A stretch of DNA of 64,000 nt, taken from IMG/VR virus record IMGVR_UViG_3300042971_000032; one strand, given 5' to 3'. A program made the translations under genes and the position numbers. Each line of letters begins with the position of its first letter. Position 1 is the stretch's first letter. The DNA comes from a virus. Below are positions 1 through 9,953 of the stretch, in pieces. The notes under the pieces are model-generated. The model had not been told where the DNA came from. It searched no databases and was given only the letters and a program-made list of their open reading frames with translations.

Positions 1-2075
1 ATCGCGCCAAGTCTATCGCAGAGACGATCCCGACTGATTTTCAGACTGCAGGTGATGCGATCGGCGAGGTGAACACGAGATTTGGTTTAACCGGCGACGC
101 TCTTGAGGATCTTTCCACAAAGTTCGTGGAGTTCGCAACACTTAACAGCACGGATGTATCTACTTCAGTCGATAACGTATCCTCTGTTCTAAATGCCTTC
201 GGTCAGTCATCAGACGATGCGGGGAACCTGCTGGATGCCCTGAATCAGGTCGGGCAGGCAACCGGTGTGTCGATGGATACCCTCTCGCAAGACCTCGCCA
301 AGAATGCCGCCCAGTTCCAGTCGATGGGGCTTACCGCTGAACAGGCGGCAGGATTTATGGGCGCGGTCGAGATGTCTGGTCTTGATACCTCGACGATGCT
401 CACTGGTCTTACCAAGGCACAGAAGGTAGCAACGAAGAACGGGCAGTCCCTGAGCGATGCACTGAAAGACTTCTCGAAGACGATGGGCAGCAATGCCTCG
501 GATACGGAGAAGCTACAGGCAGCTTATGACCTGTTTGGATCCCGCGCCGGTGGTGCTATCTACAACGCGGTCCAGAGCGGGAAGTTGTCCCTGAATGATC
601 TCTCTACCACGCTCGGAGATTATGCAGGTTCCGTAGAGAACACCTTCAATGAGACGCTTGATCCACTCGATCAGATGACGGTTGTGATGAACAACCTGAA
701 GGACCTCGGTGCAGAGATCGTGGATGCATCTGCCCCGATGATCACCGAGGCCATGACGCAGATCAAGGATGTGGTGACTGCCCTGAAGGATGCGTGGGAT
801 GGCCTGTCTCCGGGCATGCAGGAAGCCATTGTCAAGGCAGCCCTCATTGCGGCAGCTGTTGGACCGGTTATCGTCGGTGTTGGCAAAGTTGTCACAGCGG
901 TCGGATCCGTCACGAGCGTGGTCGGGAAGTTTGTGGGGTTCATCTCTGGCACTGTGATTCCTGCGATTGGGGCAGTGTCTGTTCCGATCCTTCCAATCAT
1001 CGGAATCATTGCAACGGTGGTAGCTGTTGTGATCGCAGTGATTGAGATCGTGAAACACTGGGGAGAAATCTCTGAGTGGTTCGGAGGAGTCTGGGAAACC
1101 GTGTGCTCCGGAGTACAGTCAATCGGTGAAGGGCTCGGGAGCTTCTTCTCCAGGCTGTGGAACGGCATTCAGTCTGTGACGGAAACCGTCTGGAACGGAA
1201 TCAGCAGCTTCTTTACAGAGCTCTGGGGCGGCATCAGTTCGACAGCAACCACAGTCTTTACTGGAATTTCTGATTTTCTAGGAAATACATGGTTAACGAT
1301 TAGCTCTGCGGCATCGACGGCATGGAGCGGTATTACAACAACTCTTTCCAGTGTGTGGGACGGGATCAAGACGACAGCCGGTACTGCTTTTGATACCGTA
1401 AAGACCACCATCAGTACCGCATGGGACACTGTAAAAACAAACACCGGCACCGCGTGGGATGCCATTCAGGTATCGGTGGACGAGCACGGCGGCGGCATCA
1501 AGGGCGTGATCGGAACGGCGGTCGATGCCTACAAGTCGATCTGGGAGGCAGGATTCTCGAAGATCAATGAGCTGACGGGAGGGAAGCTCGGCGATGCCTT
1601 GTCTTCTGCACAGGGAAAGCTCGATGCAATCAAAGGAGCCTTCTCGTCAATGATTGAGAATGCCAAAAGTATTGTGAGTGGCGGCCTAAGCAGGATTAGC
1701 GAATTTTTCGCGGGATGCCGTCTGGAGCTGCCCCACATCAGGCTGCCTCATTTCTCGATCAGCGGCAAGCTATCGATTGACCCTCCGTCTGTACCGCATT
1801 TGTCGGTGAGCTGGTATCGGAAGGCGATGGATGATGCGTACATCTTGAACAGCCCGACGATCTTTGGCACTGCAGGCGGCAGGCTCCTTGGCGGAGGGGA
1901 AGCAGGGCAGGAAGCCGTGGTTGGAACCGACAAGCTCGCGGAGATCGTACAGGGGGCTCTGGCAGGAGTCGGTGGCAGCGATATCATCATCCCGGTCTAC
2001 ATCGGACAGGAGCGAATTGATGAGATCGTCGTCCGGGCAACCCAGCGGAGCAACTACCGGTCAGGAGGGCGATGA
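1..2075 (+). CDS. Tail tape measure protein (5' partial)
   Basis: Ala/Gly/Ser-rich helical protein with W-rich repeats, colinear with 59999-62650 at offset 60575. Confidence 0.92.
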   Translation, partial: RAKSIAETIPTDFQTAGDAIGEVNTRFGLTGDALEDLSTKFVEFATLNSTDVSTSVDNVSSVLNAFGQSSDDAGNLLDALNQVGQATGVSMDTLSQDLAKNAAQFQSMGLTAEQAAGFMGAVEMSGLDTSTMLTGLTKAQKVATKNGQSLSDALKDFSKTMGSNASDTEKLQAAYDLFGSRAGGAIYNAVQSGKLSLNDLSTTLGDYAGSVENTFNETLDPLDQMTVVMNNLKDLGAEIVDASAPMITEAMTQIKDVVTALKDAWDGLSPGMQEAIVKAALIAAAVGPVIVGVGKVVTAVGSVTSVVGKFVGFISGTVIPAIGAVSVPILPIIGIIATVVAVVIAVIEIVKHWGEISEWFGGVWETVCSGVQSIGEGLGSFFSRLWNGIQSVTETVWNGISSFFTELWGGISSTATTVFTGISDFLGNTWLTISSAASTAWSGITTTLSSVWDGIKTTAGTAFDTVKTTISTAWDTVKTNTGTAWDAIQVSVDEHGGGIKGVIGTAVDAYKSIWEAGFSKINELTGGKLGDALSSAQGKLDAIKGAFSSMIENAKSIVSGGLSRISEFFAGCRLELPHIRLPHFSISGKLSIDPPSVPHLSVSWYRKAMDDAYILNSPTIFGTAGGRLLGGGEAGQEAVVGTDKLAEIVQGALAGVGGSDIIIPVYIGQERIDEIVVRATQRSNYRSGGR

Positions 2076-2443
2076 TGTTAAGCGACTATCCAATCTACTT
2101 TGACGAGACAAAGCTCTTTACACCGGAAAGTTGGGAGGAGAGCTATGCCGTCGTCGAGAGTACCAACCAGACGGAAGCAGGAACGGATCAGGTCATTGTC
2201 ACAAGGTATGACAAGCTCTCCGTCTCTGCTTCTTTTCAGTGTTCGAGCCGCTGGGCAGCGACGTTTGCTGCATTCCGGGACAAGGACAGTATTGCGGTGA
2301 AACTCTATGATCTGAAGACACAGGATTATAAGACACGAGCGATGCGGATTCGAAACTTCAAAACTGCTCCGGAGAAGAACTCGGAAAAGACGAAGGGCAC
2401 GAATGGGCTCTACACGGTGAGCTTTGATCTGGAAGAGTTTTAA
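2072..2443 (+). CDS. Tail protein following tape measure (distal-tail-like)
   Basis: Position after the tape measure gene; close paralogue of 62650-63018. Confidence 0.7.
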   Translation: MMLSDYPIYFDETKLFTPESWEESYAVVESTNQTEAGTDQVIVTRYDKLSVSASFQCSSRWAATFAAFRDKDSIAVKLYDLKTQDYKTRAMRIRNFKTAPEKNSEKTKGTNGLYTVSFDLEEF

Positions 2444-2477
2444 GAGTTGCTAGTGAGGCATTAGGAGGAGGCGCTTC

Positions 2478-4574
2478 ATGTACGCCGTAAGCGATAAATA
2501 CAAGGCTGCCATGAAGCAGCCGGTCCAGCATTTTTCCATGAAGGGAAGCGTCGGCGATGTTTTCTTCAGCGACGAGAACATTCTCGCCGGTTCCTGTCAG
2601 ATCACCAACCAGTGCTCCGACGATACGATGATCTCTATCGGGCAGGTCTATATCGGACAGATGGATATTACCCTTATGAACATAGACCTAAAGCGTTATT
2701 CCCTGAAAGGTGAAAAGATCACGCCCTTTTTCGGACTAAAGCTCGCGGACGGCACATACGAGTATATCCCTCTCGGCGTCTATCTCATCTCCGAAGCGCA
2801 GTGGACCCAGTCCGGCATCGTGCTGAAAGCCTACGACAACCTGTCGCTTTTCGATAAGACCTGTTCGTTAGGAACGACCGCCGGAAAGCCGTATGATCTG
2901 GCGAAGATGGCCTGTGAGAGCTGCAAAGTGCCTCTTGCTACCACAGAAGATGAATTCGCAAATTTTGCTAACGGCACAGAGACGCTTTCCCTTCACTCAG
3001 AAAATGACATCGAAACCTGGCGGGATTACTTATCGTGGCTGTCTGCCGCTGTCGGGTGCTTTGTGACCTGCGACAGAGCGGGAAGGATAAAGTTCTGCGC
3101 CTACCATCAAAATGTCACCGATGTCATAGATGCAAGCCATCGGTTCAGCGGAGGCTCTTTTTCCGATTTTGAGACAAGATACACCGGCATCTCCTGTGTA
3201 AATCTAAGCGACAAAACAACCAGCTACTACGGGATGGACGAGGATAACGGACTCACCTATAACCTAGGCAGCAATCCCTTCCTCCAGTACGGAGTGGCAG
3301 AAAGTCTTGAGAAACAGCGACGTGCCATCCTTACAGCACTTCAGCAGATCGACTATGTGCCTTTCAAAGTCACGATGATCGGAAATCCAGCCTATGACCT
3401 TGGAGATGTACTTTCCTTTCCCGGAGGAATCGGCGATGCGGATAAACTGTTCTGCATCACGAAATACACGTTCAAGTACAACAGCTCCTATGAAATCCAG
3501 GGCGTGGGACAGGATCCTTCTCTTGCATCCGCCAAGAGTAAATCCGATAAGACGATTGCCGGTCTGCTTTCATCGCAGACGGATAACGACATGCACTATG
3601 TGCTCTACCAGAACGCCGAGGCGGTAAATATAGCTGATGGCAAAGAAGGCTCTGTCATGTTCGTAAAGTTTGCGGTCCAGAAAACCACGCATATCTCCTT
3701 CGACATGGAGATCCTTCTGTCGGTTGATACAACAGAAAATGGAGATTCCGGGAGCACGTCGGAAAATGATGCGGTCATCAAAGCCACTTATTACCTGAAT
3801 GGTGAGGAGATCACCACAAGACATCCTGTGGAAACCTTTCAGGACGGAGCGCATATCCTGCGCCTTCGGTATGAACTCGAAGCTGTGGAGGCAGCGATTC
3901 ATACGTGGAATGTCGTTCTGTCCGTAACAGGCGGTTCTCTATTGATCGAGAGATATGGGGTTCTCGGGGTCGTAAGCGGCATGGGACTGGCAGGAAACGG
4001 TGAATGGGACGGCGAGATCACGGCAGAGGATGTGATGGATCGACTCATCATCAGCCGGATCATGAACCGGTTTTCAGATATGGCAAACGTCCGCCTTCTT
4101 CATGATACGCCGTGCCTTATCGCAGACCGTGTGGCCGGGTTCAATATCGCTTCGATCTTTGGCGGCTTTGCAGAGAAGGCTGAACCTACTTCTGACGTCA
4201 TGGTTTTTGCGCCGTGGGCCAATGCCGACAAAGTGACTACGTCCTGCGAGGTAAAGGACAACGGCTGGATCGGGTCCGGCTCTACAACGCTTAAGACCAG
4301 TCTTTCAGTAACGACCTGTGCTGTCTCCCACGCAACGCACCTTACAGCAGATTCGAAAAACGCGGTTTTTTATATCTCATTCGATAATGGCTCCAACTGG
4401 ATGGGCTACGCTGAGAATGAATGGAAAGAAAATGCCGCTATGACGGAATCGGATATCCGTGAGATCCCGGAGGACGCCCTGCAAAAATCGAATCAGCTGA
4501 TGGTAAGGGCTGTGCTGGAAAATGACTCGGCACTTTACGCAATAAATATATACGGAGGAATGATACAGCAATGA
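2478..4574 (+). CDS. Minor tail / baseplate hub-like protein
   Basis: 698-aa ORF with GGAGG RBS in the tail module; N-terminus homologous to 63034-64000. Confidence 0.7.
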   Translation: MYAVSDKYKAAMKQPVQHFSMKGSVGDVFFSDENILAGSCQITNQCSDDTMISIGQVYIGQMDITLMNIDLKRYSLKGEKITPFFGLKLADGTYEYIPLGVYLISEAQWTQSGIVLKAYDNLSLFDKTCSLGTTAGKPYDLAKMACESCKVPLATTEDEFANFANGTETLSLHSENDIETWRDYLSWLSAAVGCFVTCDRAGRIKFCAYHQNVTDVIDASHRFSGGSFSDFETRYTGISCVNLSDKTTSYYGMDEDNGLTYNLGSNPFLQYGVAESLEKQRRAILTALQQIDYVPFKVTMIGNPAYDLGDVLSFPGGIGDADKLFCITKYTFKYNSSYEIQGVGQDPSLASAKSKSDKTIAGLLSSQTDNDMHYVLYQNAEAVNIADGKEGSVMFVKFAVQKTTHISFDMEILLSVDTTENGDSGSTSENDAVIKATYYLNGEEITTRHPVETFQDGAHILRLRYELEAVEAAIHTWNVVLSVTGGSLLIERYGVLGVVSGMGLAGNGEWDGEITAEDVMDRLIISRIMNRFSDMANVRLLHDTPCLIADRVAGFNIASIFGGFAEKAEPTSDVMVFAPWANADKVTTSCEVKDNGWIGSGSTTLKTSLSVTTCAVSHATHLTADSKNAVFYISFDNGSNWMGYAENEWKENAAMTESDIREIPEDALQKSNQLMVRAVLENDSALYAINIYGGMIQQ

Positions 4575-5827
4575 AAGGACATGTGTGTATAGAGCTGCAC
4601 AGCCACAACAGCGGTTTTACCGAGCGGATCGAGCAGGACAACATGGTGACAAATGCTCTGACCTACGCGATGGGGCATGCCGTCTCCTGCGGCGCTAATT
4701 TATCGGATTTAATGCTTCCAGCGTGCAAAAGGGGTCTCGGAGGCCTTTTTCTTTTTGACGGGAAGCTGGAGGAGAATGCGGAGAACGTGCATTTTCCGAT
4801 GGACGTTCATCTGATTGGCCATGCCTCGAGAACTGTAAACACAGACGATCCCATGCGAGGAAGCATCAACGCTCTGGAAACAAAGAGGACGGACACAGGG
4901 TATGTATCTGTCTGGGATTTTTCCACTTCACAGGCAAACGGGATGATCGCCTCCCTGGCTCTTACCAGAGACACCGCCGGAGAGAATCCCCTGAATCTAT
5001 ACGCTGGAGAATCCGCAAACACGACGGACTACGAATACGGCTTTGCCTTCGATGAGGATAAGGGATTTTTATACAAGGCGGACCGTTACGGCAATATCAT
5101 CCGGCAAAAAGTGCCAGACTGGAAACTTCTGGTATCAGACCCATACTGGGGGCCTGATGAGAAGGTCGTTAATCTATCCGGCACGGATAACTGGGACAAC
5201 TGGGTTATTTCAAACGGGCAGGACGGATATCTGTACCTGATCCGTATGAACCGGAAGGAGAATTCCCGCTGGAATGGCAGCGAATATGAGAATTACTATA
5301 CCTACGGCATGGAGAATTCCTCCGGCAACGCACTTCTTTTTGTAAGGAAATATAAGATCAACGATTTCAGTTTCACGCAGGAAGGCGATGAGCAGACGAT
5401 AGAGCTCTCATCCGTGACAGCAAAAAACGATGCTGTCGTGTCGAGAGGATTCTACTATGTAAGGGGATATGATAACCACAGCGTCTATAAAGTCGAGATG
5501 GCGAATCCGGTAAACATCGTTCTTTTAAACCAGTTCAAGCAGTACGAAGTCGGTGGACTCTACCCAATGTATAACGGCGGCGTCATTACAAGCAACGGTT
5601 TGCTGATCTACCCGGACGGACAGTTCATAAAGAAAAGCAGTGTGGCCATTCCAGACTATGGCTATGAAAGTCCACATTTATTCAGCTTTCACTACAACAG
5701 TTATCCGAAAAAATCCATTCCGTCATCGTATATCGGGACGATCTGCAACCTTTCTTCTCCTGTTACGAAAACTTCAGCCACTTCGATGAAGGTGACCTAT
5801 ACCCTTACAGATCTGAAGGAGGCATGA
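4571..5827 (+). CDS. Tail-associated hypothetical protein (possible receptor-binding)
   Basis: 418-aa ORF overlapping the previous stop; aromatic- and beta-rich C-terminal half. Function inferred from position. Confidence 0.5.
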   Translation: MKGHVCIELHSHNSGFTERIEQDNMVTNALTYAMGHAVSCGANLSDLMLPACKRGLGGLFLFDGKLEENAENVHFPMDVHLIGHASRTVNTDDPMRGSINALETKRTDTGYVSVWDFSTSQANGMIASLALTRDTAGENPLNLYAGESANTTDYEYGFAFDEDKGFLYKADRYGNIIRQKVPDWKLLVSDPYWGPDEKVVNLSGTDNWDNWVISNGQDGYLYLIRMNRKENSRWNGSEYENYYTYGMENSSGNALLFVRKYKINDFSFTQEGDEQTIELSSVTAKNDAVVSRGFYYVRGYDNHSVYKVEMANPVNIVLLNQFKQYEVGGLYPMYNGGVITSNGLLIYPDGQFIKKSSVAIPDYGYESPHLFSFHYNSYPKKSIPSSYIGTICNLSSPVTKTSATSMKVTYTLTDLKEA

Positions 5828-5828
5828 G

Positions 5829-6551
5829 ATGACGGTAAACTATACCGGGAAAAGCAAGGTGATAAAGCGGCTCTGCGAAGCAGTAAATCAACTGACCACA
5901 GCAGAAGATGTGCTCTCGAAATTTGACTCGGACGGGGACGGAATAGTCGACGATGCCGCCAGAGTGAACGGCCATACCGTAAAAGCGGATGTACCGGAAG
6001 GTGCGGTCTTTTCCGATACCACCTACTCGTTTGATCTGAGTGATGGAAAGCTTACCATCCGGTCCTCGGCGGGAACCAAGCAGGTGCTGACTCTGCCAAC
6101 ATCCAGCTCTGGCGGATCCAGCGGAGATGTCACAGAAGTGACAAAGCCCTCGTTTGACCACATCAAGAATGTTGCTGCGGTAACGAAGCTTGCGCTGGAT
6201 GTTGATGATGGGAATGGATTCGTCACGTATAAGGCAAACAGCGCTGTTCACCTGAAGCGGTCTTCACTCACCAAGAGCGACCCGGATATCCGTCTGAAAG
6301 TTGTCGAAGTGCAGCTTTCGGACGGAACCCTGTCGACCGACATGGACACCTATAACGGGTTCCGGTTTTATGCAACAACAGGAAAGTGCATCGTGGATAA
6401 CGGAGACAATGGTACAACGTCCTACCCAGATGCAGACCAAATCGGGCATTTCAAGTTTGCTTCCGGGGTGGCCAATGATGAGACGACCCTGATGGCATAC
6501 AATCAGGCGACACTCAAGTACAAGTACCTCATGGTGTATGTAGAAGATTAA
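5829..6551 (+). CDS. Tail-fibre-like hypothetical protein
   Basis: Contains NGHTVKADVPEGAVFSDTTY, resembling segments of Firmicute phage tail fibres; RBS present. Confidence 0.5.
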   Translation: MTVNYTGKSKVIKRLCEAVNQLTTAEDVLSKFDSDGDGIVDDAARVNGHTVKADVPEGAVFSDTTYSFDLSDGKLTIRSSAGTKQVLTLPTSSSGGSSGDVTEVTKPSFDHIKNVAAVTKLALDVDDGNGFVTYKANSAVHLKRSSLTKSDPDIRLKVVEVQLSDGTLSTDMDTYNGFRFYATTGKCIVDNGDNGTTSYPDADQIGHFKFASGVANDETTLMAYNQATLKYKYLMVYVED

Positions 6552-6565
6552 GGGAGGGGATACCA

Positions 6566-6889
6566 TTGATAGACTTTATCTTGCGCTATTGGATTCAGGA
6601 GCTGTTTGCACTGATCATTGCCGTGATCACTTGGCTCTGGCGAGCGCTGCTCCGGCGAAAACAGGAGAATGACCAAATCAAAGAAGGAATGATGGCACTG
6701 CTGCATGACCGAATTTATCAGGCCTGCAGCTTTTTTATTGCCCGGGGCTGGTGCTCACCGGAGGACCGGAGCAATCTCGAGTACCTGTACAAGCCATACA
6801 AGGCGCTCGGTGGTAATGGAACCGGGGAGTCGTTGTACAGGAAGTGTCTGGAGCTACCACTCACGGCAGAAGAGAAGGAGGTGAAGTGA
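6566..6889 (+). CDS. Small membrane protein of lysis cassette (holin-like)
   Basis: N-terminal hydrophobic helix; sits before the holin and lysin genes. Confidence 0.55.
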   Translation: MIDFILRYWIQELFALIIAVITWLWRALLRRKQENDQIKEGMMALLHDRIYQACSFFIARGWCSPEDRSNLEYLYKPYKALGGNGTGESLYRKCLELPLTAEEKEVK

Positions 6890-6891
6890 TC

Positions 6892-7161
6892 ATGGACTTT
6901 GGAATCGCAAGTGTGGCGGCAATCACGGTGATTGCATATCTGGTCGGTATCGGCTGCAAGGCGGCTGGCTCCGTGAAGGATGAGCTGATCCCGGTGATTT
7001 GCGGATGCGTCGGCGCTGTGCTCGGTGTAGCCGGCCTGTATCTGATGCCGGACTTCCCGGCAAAGGATGTCATCAACGCGCTGGCAGTTGGCATCGTGTC
7101 CGGGCTTGCAGCAACTGGCGTGAACCAGATCTACAAGCAGCTGTCTAAGACCAATCAGTGA
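6892..7161 (+). CDS. Phage holin
   Basis: About 89 aa, three hydrophobic segments, AGGAGG RBS, directly upstream of the endolysin. Confidence 0.8.
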   Translation: MDFGIASVAAITVIAYLVGIGCKAAGSVKDELIPVICGCVGAVLGVAGLYLMPDFPAKDVINALAVGIVSGLAATGVNQIYKQLSKTNQ

Positions 7162-7250
7162 GAGGAGGTGATCCTCATATCTCGGATGCTCCTTCCGTCA
7201 TAGGAGCAACACTGGCTCTCTGGGCTTCAAAACCCGGAGGGCCTTTCTAT
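7160..7250 (+). ncRNA. Structured RNA candidate resembling the skipping-rope motif
   Basis: GAG-AGGAGGTGAT...ATCTC pairing, TGCTCCT/AGGAGCA stem with CCGTCA in the loop, then a terminator-like hairpin. Family match is from memory, not computed. Confidence 0.5.
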
Positions 7251-7276
7251 TTGCAAGGAAAGAGGAGGAGAAGATC

Positions 7277-8239
7277 ATGAGTGAATTCAAAGGAATCGAT
7301 GTCAGCCACTGGCAGGGACATATCGACTGGGCGAAGGTGAAAGCGGCAGGTATCCAGTTTGCTATCATTAAGTCAGGTGGATCTGATGCAGGATTCTACA
7401 CAGATCCCAGGTGGGAAGAGAACTACAGAAACGCAAAAGCAAATGGCATTGCTGTCGGTGCGTATTATTTTGTCGGACCCGGCTGCACTTCTGCGGAAGC
7501 AGGAAGAGCCGACGCACAGCGTTTCCTTGCGCAGCTTAAAGGAAAGCAGCTTGAATATCCTGTGTTCATGGATAATGAAGCTCAGCCTACATCTGCCAAG
7601 GCCGGCATCACGGAGGCAACGATTGCCTTCTGCCATACTCTGGAATCTGCTGGATATTTTGCGGGTGTGTATGGGTCAGCTTATTCAGGCTTCCGTGACC
7701 GGATGGATGATTCGAAGCTCACGCCATTCACACATTGGGTAGCGCAGTATGCTTCGAAATGCACCTATTGCGGAGCATATGGAATCTGGCAGTATTCTTC
7801 CACGGGGTCGGTGAATGGTATTAACGGAAACGTCGATATGGATATTTCGTATCAGGACTACCCGTCCATCATCAAAGCGGGCGGCTACAATGGATACACC
7901 AAGCAAGGAGGCGGAAGTACACAGCCGACTGCTCCGGTTCAGCCGAACAAGACAGTCGATGAACTTGCCCGGGAGGTGCTTGCCGGGAAGTGGGGCAATG
8001 GTGATGACAGGAAGAACCGCATCACGAGGACTGGCTATGACTATGCAGCCGTGCAGACAAAGGTGAATGAGCTGCTCGGTGCAAATCAGGCTGTCTACTA
8101 CACGGTAAGAAGCGGAGACACACTCTCTGCGATTGCACGGAAGTACGGAACGAGCGTATCTGCTATTCAGAAGCTGAACGCATCGCTGATCCGGAATGTA
8201 AACCAGATCCAGGTGGGCTGGAAGATCCGGGTGAAATAA
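7277..8239 (+). CDS. Endolysin: GH25 muramidase + Cpl-7-like repeat + LysM
   Basis: GIDVSHWQG and WVAQY/WQYSS GH25 motifs; ELAREVLAGKWGNG segment; YTVRSGDTLSAIA LysM. Confidence 0.93.
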   Translation: MSEFKGIDVSHWQGHIDWAKVKAAGIQFAIIKSGGSDAGFYTDPRWEENYRNAKANGIAVGAYYFVGPGCTSAEAGRADAQRFLAQLKGKQLEYPVFMDNEAQPTSAKAGITEATIAFCHTLESAGYFAGVYGSAYSGFRDRMDDSKLTPFTHWVAQYASKCTYCGAYGIWQYSSTGSVNGINGNVDMDISYQDYPSIIKAGGYNGYTKQGGGSTQPTAPVQPNKTVDELAREVLAGKWGNGDDRKNRITRTGYDYAAVQTKVNELLGANQAVYYTVRSGDTLSAIARKYGTSVSAIQKLNASLIRNVNQIQVGWKIRVK

Positions 8240-8260
8240 CATATCAATACACATGATGGC

Positions 8261-8290
8261 GGGTGTCCTTCGGGATGCCCGTTATTTTTT
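8261..8290 (+). terminator. Intrinsic terminator after endolysin
   Basis: CGGGTGTCC-TTCG-GGATGCCCG hairpin followed by a T-run. Confidence 0.8.
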
Positions 8291-8301
8291 TGCCTCATTC
8301 C

Positions 8302-8572
8302 ATTTCCGATTTCTCTTTGAAAGTTCCGTTTATATGTGACGGGATGAAAAAAATCCCTCGGGCCATTTCCGATTTGCCCTCGAATGGTCCGCATACATAT
8401 GCGAGGAAGAAATTATCATGGACCGTTCAAAATCGCGTGCGAATGGTCCGCATATACTTGCAGGAAAATTTCACGTCCCGTCACAAAAACGCCCGGGAAG
8501 TGTCCGCTGATAGGTGAAAGCAAAGATTCCTTTGCTCAACCTTGCGGAAAATGTCCTGTGAGTAGTGAAGGG
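8302..8572 (+). promoter_or_regulatory. Stack of four bipartite operator/promoter-like sites
   Basis: Three N7-spaced sites (8302, 8365, 8425) and one TTTGCTCAA-N12-TGTCCTGTG site (8531); all recur in prophage 2. Confidence 0.65.
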
Positions 8573-8612
8573 ATTCCTGTATCGACGACCAAAGCGCAAA
8601 AGGAGATCAGAA

Positions 8613-9050
8613 ATGGCAAGAAAGATATCAGATGAAGAATTGGAGCAGGCAGTCCTGCTCAGAACAAACGGCATGAGTTATCGGAAAATCTCGGATTACA
8701 CCGGCCTCAATACAGAGGCTGTCCGGTATCGCTGCAAGGACCTGCCGTGCGACGATGCACCCGTCTTGGAAGGCGTGCTCACGAAGATCGAGCGCAGGGA
8801 AGCCTGCGCTTTTTGCGGAAAGCCCATCACACAGGATGAGCACCACCCGGGCAGACGGAAGCGCTTCTGCTGCGAGGCATGCCGCAGAAAGTACTGGAAG
8901 CTGCACCGGGATGAGCAGAAGAAAAAGCCCTCTGCGATCTACGTCAAGGTGTGCCCGTACTGCGGGAAGACCTTCGAGGTCTACGGCAACAGGAACCGGA
9001 AGTATTGCTGCCATGAGCACTATGTCCTCGACTACTTCGGGAAAGGCTAA
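8613..9050 (+). CDS. HTH + Cys-rich zinc-finger protein
   Basis: N-terminal HTH-like segment (GMSYRKISDYTGL), CxxC motifs (CAFCGK, CCEACR, CPYCGK), AGGAG RBS. Confidence 0.75.
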   Translation: MARKISDEELEQAVLLRTNGMSYRKISDYTGLNTEAVRYRCKDLPCDDAPVLEGVLTKIERREACAFCGKPITQDEHHPGRRKRFCCEACRRKYWKLHRDEQKKKPSAIYVKVCPYCGKTFEVYGNRNRKYCCHEHYVLDYFGKG

Positions 9051-9152
9051 GTTCCGATGATGCCCTTTATATAAATAAGGAAGAGAGGACCAAAAATGAC
9101 TTGATACTATTGCACTTCAGAGTGATCTATAGACTACCGAAAGGAGGCAATC

Positions 9153-9953
9153 ATGGAGATAACGACAACTATCACAGACAGGGCTGCACTGGTGCAGCTT
9201 TTGAAAAATGAGATAAAACAGCCCGTCGAATATGCCGGTGCTCCGACTTTCAACTACAGTGTCGGACCGTACACAGTTCTCCGGAACGCCAGCATCCGGG
9301 TAGATGATGACAAAGCGAGTCCAGCGCTGATCCAGAAGATGCAGGAGCTTGGATACGTCGCGAAGGACGACAGCTCCTCCGGGATGGGATTTGACATTGG
9401 CGGGGATGCCCTGACAAGAGTGAACCTTGTAAACACATTCGCGGCAAGGGGCTCGCTTATCAACAAGGCGATAGGCAAGCCGAATGCCTTCTATGTAGCG
9501 GCAGCGCTGGTACGGGTGCTGAAGGACAATCCTCCGGAGGACCTTTTCGAATTCAATGAAGCATTCATCGCCTGCGGAGGAGATAAAGCTCTGAAGGGCA
9601 TCACATTCCTGAAGGAAAAGGTAGTCTTCACCGGATTCCCGGATGGGCGTTCTGAAGAGGAGAAAGAGGCATTCCGTGATTTCGCAGAGACGATCACTGC
9701 CGCTTGCCGGCATTCCAAATGGCTGAAGGGTGATGCACCGGAAGTGGAGAACGAAAAGTACACCTTCCGCAGTTGGATGAACAGCATGGGACTTTCCGGG
9801 AAAAAACATACGGCAACGAGGCGTATCCTGCTCGAGCGCCTTTCCGGTGACAGTTCTTTCCGGACACCCGAGCAGAGAGCAGCGGCGCTTGCCAAGCAGA
9901 AAAAGAAGGAGGAAGAGCGTGACAACAAGCCAGATTTCATTGTCCTCGGCTGA
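9153..9953 (+). CDS. Hypothetical protein of recombinase module (paralogue of 47124-47834)
   Basis: GGAGG RBS; C-terminal ENEKY..R....G.SG....RRILL..LSG segment shared with two prophage-2 proteins. Confidence 0.7.
   Translation: MEITTTITDRAALVQLLKNEIKQPVEYAGAPTFNYSVGPYTVLRNASIRVDDDKASPALIQKMQELGYVAKDDSSSGMGFDIGGDALTRVNLVNTFAARGSLINKAIGKPNAFYVAAALVRVLKDNPPEDLFEFNEAFIACGGDKALKGITFLKEKVVFTGFPDGRSEEEKEAFRDFAETITAACRHSKWLKGDAPEVENEKYTFRSWMNSMGLSGKKHTATRRILLERLSGDSSFRTPEQRAAALAKQKKKEEERDNKPDFIVLG

Noticed and set aside
8302-8572. CRISPR array or replication-origin iterons
   Set aside because: The repeats are bipartite with a fixed short spacer and differ in type. There is no constant repeat/unique spacer periodicity and no adjacent cas or rep gene.
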